Shown: positions 60,221 through 64,000 of the stretch, in pieces | How the letters are laid out: every line of letters begins with the position of its first letter | Position numbering within the stretch: position 1 is the stretch's first letter | Source of the DNA: Comamonadaceae bacterium | GTDB lineage: Bacteria; Pseudomonadota; Gammaproteobacteria; Burkholderiales; Burkholderiaceae_C | Assembly (NCBI GenBank): GCA_947447405.1 | Contig: CANFKQ010000001.1 | Span: 1,382-65,381 of the forward strand | Length of the DNA stretch: 64,000 nucleotides | Reading direction: 5' to 3' | The notes under the pieces: generated by a model | Told to the model about the DNA's origin: nothing | Seen by the model: only the letters and a program-made list of their open reading frames with translations | Databases searched by the model: none | Translations under genes and position numbers: made by a program

Positions 60221-61135
60221 ATGTTTGGCATAAAACTAAATCCTAAAAAGTCTGTTCAAGTTCCTAGTCGCTTCAACGTGTACACAATGGACCCCTTCAT
60301 AGCATCATTTATTGATGAGGAGGGAGATGCTGAGTCAAAGTCTTTTGCTGTGGACTTTTCGGTATTGGAATTCGCCGATCCTGTTGCTATCGTAGTAATG
60401 AGTAATTTGTTTGAATACCTAAAGTTGCTAAATGTTAAGGTGACTTTGATTGGATTGGCGAATAGGTCAGAAGGTGTAATTTTTTTAGATGATTCGGGTT
60501 TTTTCCTTCAATATCACGGCTCAATGCTACGTCCTCATGCCGCTTTGCGTGACACGACCTTACCTTTGAAGTTGGTTGCTAATCCAAAGGCTATTCCGTA
60601 TCTATACGCAGACGTAATTCCATGGATTGCACAACGACTCCAAACTACAGCTATTGCGCTTGGAACTTTACGAGTTACTCTGCAAGAGGTGTTTCACAAC
60701 ATCAACGACCACTCAGGCGTTCAAGTTGGATGTGTTTTTATTCAGCACTTTCCTAAGAAAAATGAAATTAATATTGCCATTTCAGATTTTGGAACTGGAA
60801 TTCCTAAAAACGTAAGAAAGGTCCAGCCAGAGGCAAATGATCAAGAGGCACTCGTGCTAGCGATTAAGGAAGGCTTTACAAGTAAATCCAACGTTCAGAA
60901 TCGTGGAGCAGGATTAGCTATTTTGATGAACTATGTTGCTCTTCGGAATAGGGGGACCGTAATTATTACGTCTGGTCGCGGCAACTTGTCTGCGGTCTAT
61001 GACAAGGCAAAAGTAAAAATCACTGCAAGGTCTCGGGTGTCGCATTACCCAGGTACATTGGTTAATGTCATCTTAAAAACAGATACTCTTAATGAGTTTG
61101 TTAGTGACGTTGAACACGAGGAGTTTTCATGGTAA
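60221..61135 (+). CDS. STAS-like domain plus GHKL (HATPase_c) ATPase/kinase
   Basis: VDFSVLEFADP STAS-like motif; EVFHNINDHS N-box, ISDFGTGIP G1 box and GFTSK..RGAGL G2 box. Confidence 0.75.
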   Translation: MFGIKLNPKKSVQVPSRFNVYTMDPFIASFIDEEGDAESKSFAVDFSVLEFADPVAIVVMSNLFEYLKLLNVKVTLIGLANRSEGVIFLDDSGFFLQYHGSMLRPHAALRDTTLPLKLVANPKAIPYLYADVIPWIAQRLQTTAIALGTLRVTLQEVFHNINDHSGVQVGCVFIQHFPKKNEINIAISDFGTGIPKNVRKVQPEANDQEALVLAIKEGFTSKSNVQNRGAGLAILMNYVALRNRGTVIITSGRGNLSAVYDKAKVKITARSRVSHYPGTLVNVILKTDTLNEFVSDVEHEEFSW

Positions 61136-61428
61136 TTCGTGTGCTTGATTTCGTCAAAGAGTGCGCGACTTATGCAGATGGCGAAGTCATATTCAAGTTG
61201 ATTGCACCTAGCATCAAAAATGGCGAGGATGTCGTTTTATCTTTTGATGGGGTTGATGCTGTACCGTCTGCATTCATCAACGCATCTATCGTAAGGTTAG
61301 TTGAAGTTGTGGATCTTGATCAAATTCGTCTGCATTTAAAAGTAGCAAATTCAACAAAGCAAATCAATGAATTAATCAAAAGTCGGATTGCTTTTGTTGA
61401 ATCGCAATCTATCCAATCTAAGTCCTGA
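61129..61428 (+). CDS. STAS-like (DUF4325-type) small protein
   Basis: DGEVIF..I......VVLSFDGVDAVPSAFINASI motif; overlaps the kinase stop codon. Confidence 0.75.
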   Translation: MVIRVLDFVKECATYADGEVIFKLIAPSIKNGEDVVLSFDGVDAVPSAFINASIVRLVEVVDLDQIRLHLKVANSTKQINELIKSRIAFVESQSIQSKS

Positions 61429-61509
61429 CTCGACGAACGGACTTTGGTTGCTCAGCTGGGTAAGGTGGCAATAAAGTAGTTTTCGCACGTTTTCAAGCGC
61501 CAACTACCT

Positions 61510-62100
61510 GTGACTGCCAAGACCAACTTTGACCCATATTTCACACTTTATTACTACTACCAGCCTGCATCCGTTCATGTCACTTATTCGGCACCTGCGC
61601 TCGCCATTGAGCCTAAGCACCCTAGACTGACTTTCAAAGAGCTTGCGGCTGCTGAAGGAAACCTCCATTACCTGCGCGATGGTGAGTTACAGCTCTTTCG
61701 CCGTCCTGAGTCTCGTGTTTGGCAAATGCGCTGGCGGCTTGAGCTTGGGGGATGGCACAGAGCCAGTACTCGCAAAACAAACTTAGAAGCTGCCAAGCGA
61801 GCTGCATGTGAGATGTATGACGAGGGGCGTTATAGGGAGCGCATGGGCATTGCACCTACACAGCGAACCTTCAAAGAAATCGCCCAAACAACAGTAGATG
61901 AACTAAAACGAGACTTGGCAGCTGGTACTGGCAAGAAGATTTATGCGGACTACTGCTCAGTTATTGAGCGTTATTTCATTCCGTACTTTGGGGAGCGGCA
62001 CTTGCAGACACTGAAATACAAAGACATTGCTGACTTTGAAGCTTGGCGCAATCACCGCATGGGCATCACGCCCAGCTTCGGGTGCTCTCGCTGGAATTGA
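61510..62100 (+). pseudogene. truncated phage-type tyrosine integrase (N-terminal arm/core-binding part only)
   Basis: LFRRPESRVWQMRW..WHRASTRKTNLEAAK, RTFKEIA and IERYFIPYFG..I motifs; no catalytic domain; ends at the junction near 62078. Confidence 0.7.
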
Positions 62101-62382
62101 GTTGACGTAGGCTTGAAGCTCTTTGCGTAGCTTAGGGCTGACGTAGACAGTGCGGGGATGCCTGCCTTTGGTTTGGTCTGCGTTCAAACGGATTTCCTCG
62201 CGGACCTGCCCGTTGGTGCCCACAGCATCGGACCAGCTGAGTAGGGCGACTTCTCCGACGCGAAGTCCAGCTAGGTGGGTAGTTAGCAGCATTGCCCTGT
62301 TGCGTGCTGCGTGCGGGCGTGTTGCTATGTAATCGGTTGCGCGGCGTAGCTCAGCCGCTGTGAGTGTTTTTGCTTGTGCCAT
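62075..62382 (-). pseudogene. truncated small (catalytic-domain-only) tyrosine recombinase
   Basis: AGGAG RBS, MAQAKTL, RNRAMLL..HLAGLRVGEVA.L (catalytic Arg) and TKG..RTV; the HxxR and Tyr motifs are missing. Confidence 0.8.
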
Positions 62383-62681
62383 CTGTGCTCCTAAAAGTAA
62401 TAAATACAGAGCTACAGTTTGTTTTCTTTGATTCGGTTTGGGCAACCGAAGCCCGTCCAACCTGTCGGGTCAATGAAATCAAGCACTTACGCGATAACTA
62501 CATGAAATGTGGATTAGCTTTGATTTTGTATTTAGCTAAGCCATCAATCTAAAAAAGTAGCTCTTTAGGTAGTAATTCCTGAATTGATTTAGATTACTAA
62601 AATTTTCTGCATGCAAAGCCTGCGCACCAACGTGATCCCTCTTTCCAAATACGCGCGCCTGACCTACTGCGGGATCAGCGC

Positions 62682-63587
62682 TTGAGCGGCTCTACGTTCC
62701 TCGTCGTTTTACTCGCAGGGCTGCTGCATGCCTTGTGGAATATTGTTGCCAAAAAAGCGGGGGGTGATGTACGCTTTGCTTGTTTTTCGGCTGGCGTAAG
62801 CATCGTCGTTTGGTCCCCCTTGGGGATCGGGTTGGGTTGGGATGTGGTACCCCAGTGGGACTTTTGGGCGTGGGGTTTTGTGGTGGGCAGCGCGCTCTTG
62901 CGCATCCTCTATTTCGTGGTGCTGTTACGCGGTTATCGCGCGGCGGACTTGACGGTGGTTTACCCTTTGGCGCGAGGAACAGGGCCATTGCTGTCATCGC
63001 TGTTTGCCTTGTGCTGGTTAGGTGAATCAGTGTCAGTCACGGGAGGCTTGGGCATTGCAGGTGTCGTCGGCGGTGTTTTTTTGATCGCTGGCGGACCTCA
63101 ACTGATCACTGAGTGGCGACGTTCAGGCCTCGCGACAGAGGCGCAACTGACGGCTCAGCGCCTGCGCAGTGCAGGCTTGCGCTATGGACTTTTGACCGGG
63201 GTATTAATTGCCATCTACACCTTGGTGGACGGCTATGCGGTAAAGGTGCTGCTGTTGTCCCCATTCTTGATGCACTACGTGGAGAACGTGGTGCGAGGGG
63301 TGTTGTTGATGCCCGTGGTGTTGCGCGATCGTCCTGCCGCTTCTGCGTTGTGGCGTCAACAATGGAAATATGCGCTCATCGTGGGGACGCTCACACCTGT
63401 TTCCTATGTGTTGGTGTTGTATGCCTTGCAAACGGCACCCTTATCGTTGGTGGCGCCTGCGCGTGAGGTATCCATGCTTTTTGCGGCGTTGATCGGGGGC
63501 CACTTGTTGGGTGAGGGCGATCGCCGGCTTCGCGTTCTAGGCGCCTTGCTAATGGCCTGTGGCGTGGCGATGCTTGGGTTGGCATGA
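62682..63587 (+). CDS. EamA/DMT-family transporter
   Basis: LHALWNIVAK, DLTVVYPLARGTGP and VAPAREVS motifs; about 10 TM segments. Confidence 0.9.
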   Translation: MSGSTFLVVLLAGLLHALWNIVAKKAGGDVRFACFSAGVSIVVWSPLGIGLGWDVVPQWDFWAWGFVVGSALLRILYFVVLLRGYRAADLTVVYPLARGTGPLLSSLFALCWLGESVSVTGGLGIAGVVGGVFLIAGGPQLITEWRRSGLATEAQLTAQRLRSAGLRYGLLTGVLIAIYTLVDGYAVKVLLLSPFLMHYVENVVRGVLLMPVVLRDRPAASALWRQQWKYALIVGTLTPVSYVLVLYALQTAPLSLVAPAREVSMLFAALIGGHLLGEGDRRLRVLGALLMACGVAMLGLA

Positions 63588-63689
63588 CGGCAGTGCCTTC
63601 TTTCAATATTTCAATCCTTCAAACGCCTGTTTGTAAGTGATTGATCTGATTGATTTTTCTATGGTTGATTGCTCATAAATGAACAATTT

Positions 63690-64000
63690 TCAGTATTCAC
63701 TTGGAAGTATGATGACCCAATGCAGGCCATCCCAGCAAGCGTACAAAGTGATGTTCCCTAGCGGAAAGTCTGTGTAGGGGATCTCTTGACGGGCAAGTTC
63801 GCTGCCGTTGCCATCGTCGTAAATCATCGTCGCTTGGCAGTCTTTGACAATGACCTTAACTTGTACGAACCAATCACAACTGCCTATCTCACTTAGGTGG
63901 CTGGCGATGGCATCCATCATCCAAAAGCACTCTGCGTTTTCAGCCAAGTACTTGGTGCCATCAGTGAGTAGATGCTTACGTGAGATTCGGTAATAACCCG
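63690..64000 (-). CDS. DUF6876-like protein (partial; 5' end outside the window)
   Basis: Open frame to the window end: YYRISRKHLLTDGTKYLAENAECFWMMDAIAS...QEIPYTDFPL...LPSEY. Confidence 0.7.
   Translation of the reverse strand, partial: GYYRISRKHLLTDGTKYLAENAECFWMMDAIASHLSEIGSCDWFVQVKVIVKDCQATMIYDDGNGSELARQEIPYTDFPLGNITLYACWDGLHWVIILPSEY

Larger units (their letters stand above)
59983..64000. mobile_element. decayed tRNA-Cys-associated genomic island (continues past the window end)
   Basis: Abrupt shift to AT-richer sequence after the tRNA, two truncated tyrosine recombinases, accessory cargo genes. Confidence 0.7.

Noticed and set aside
1-64000. CRISPR array, rRNA or intact IS/transposase
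   Set aside because: I saw no regularly spaced direct repeats, rRNA-like stretches or transposase ORFs

Overview
This is a mostly core-genome window from a betaproteobacterium of the Comamonadaceae. Gene order and protein style suggest a Limnohabitans-like organism, which is an inference. The housekeeping backbone runs: glnA 3' end-ntrBC, xth, folA-thyA, metY, aroC, tolQRA-ybgC, nusB-rib genes, a type IV minor-pilin cluster, nrdR, glyA with a ZTP riboswitch, lpxH-ppiB-ppiA, cysS, accA-tilS-lysC, hemH, hpnCDE, an RND pump and tig-clpPX-lon. There are four tRNAs (Ser-GCT, Leu-TAG, Gly-GCC, Cys-GCA). Four accessory regions stand out. (1) An AT-richer islet after tRNA-Ser holds a large-serine-recombinase remnant, aroE and a bactofilin-M23 peptidase-bactofilin-RodZ-like operon. 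The RodZ-like gene contains a G11 tract where a -1 slip gives an immediate TAG, so this is a candidate phase-variable cell-shape module. (2) A second RodZ-like-bactofilin-FixJ-type locus lies next to thyA. (3) A back-to-back pair of long hairpins between glyA and nrdR has a conserved 28-nt loop but unrelated stems. (4) A decayed island after tRNA-Cys has a STAS/GHKL kinase plus STAS pair, two truncated tyrosine recombinases fused tail-to-tail, and an EamA gene flanked by 21-bp inverted repeats. Product calls come from motif recognition by eye; no database searches were run.
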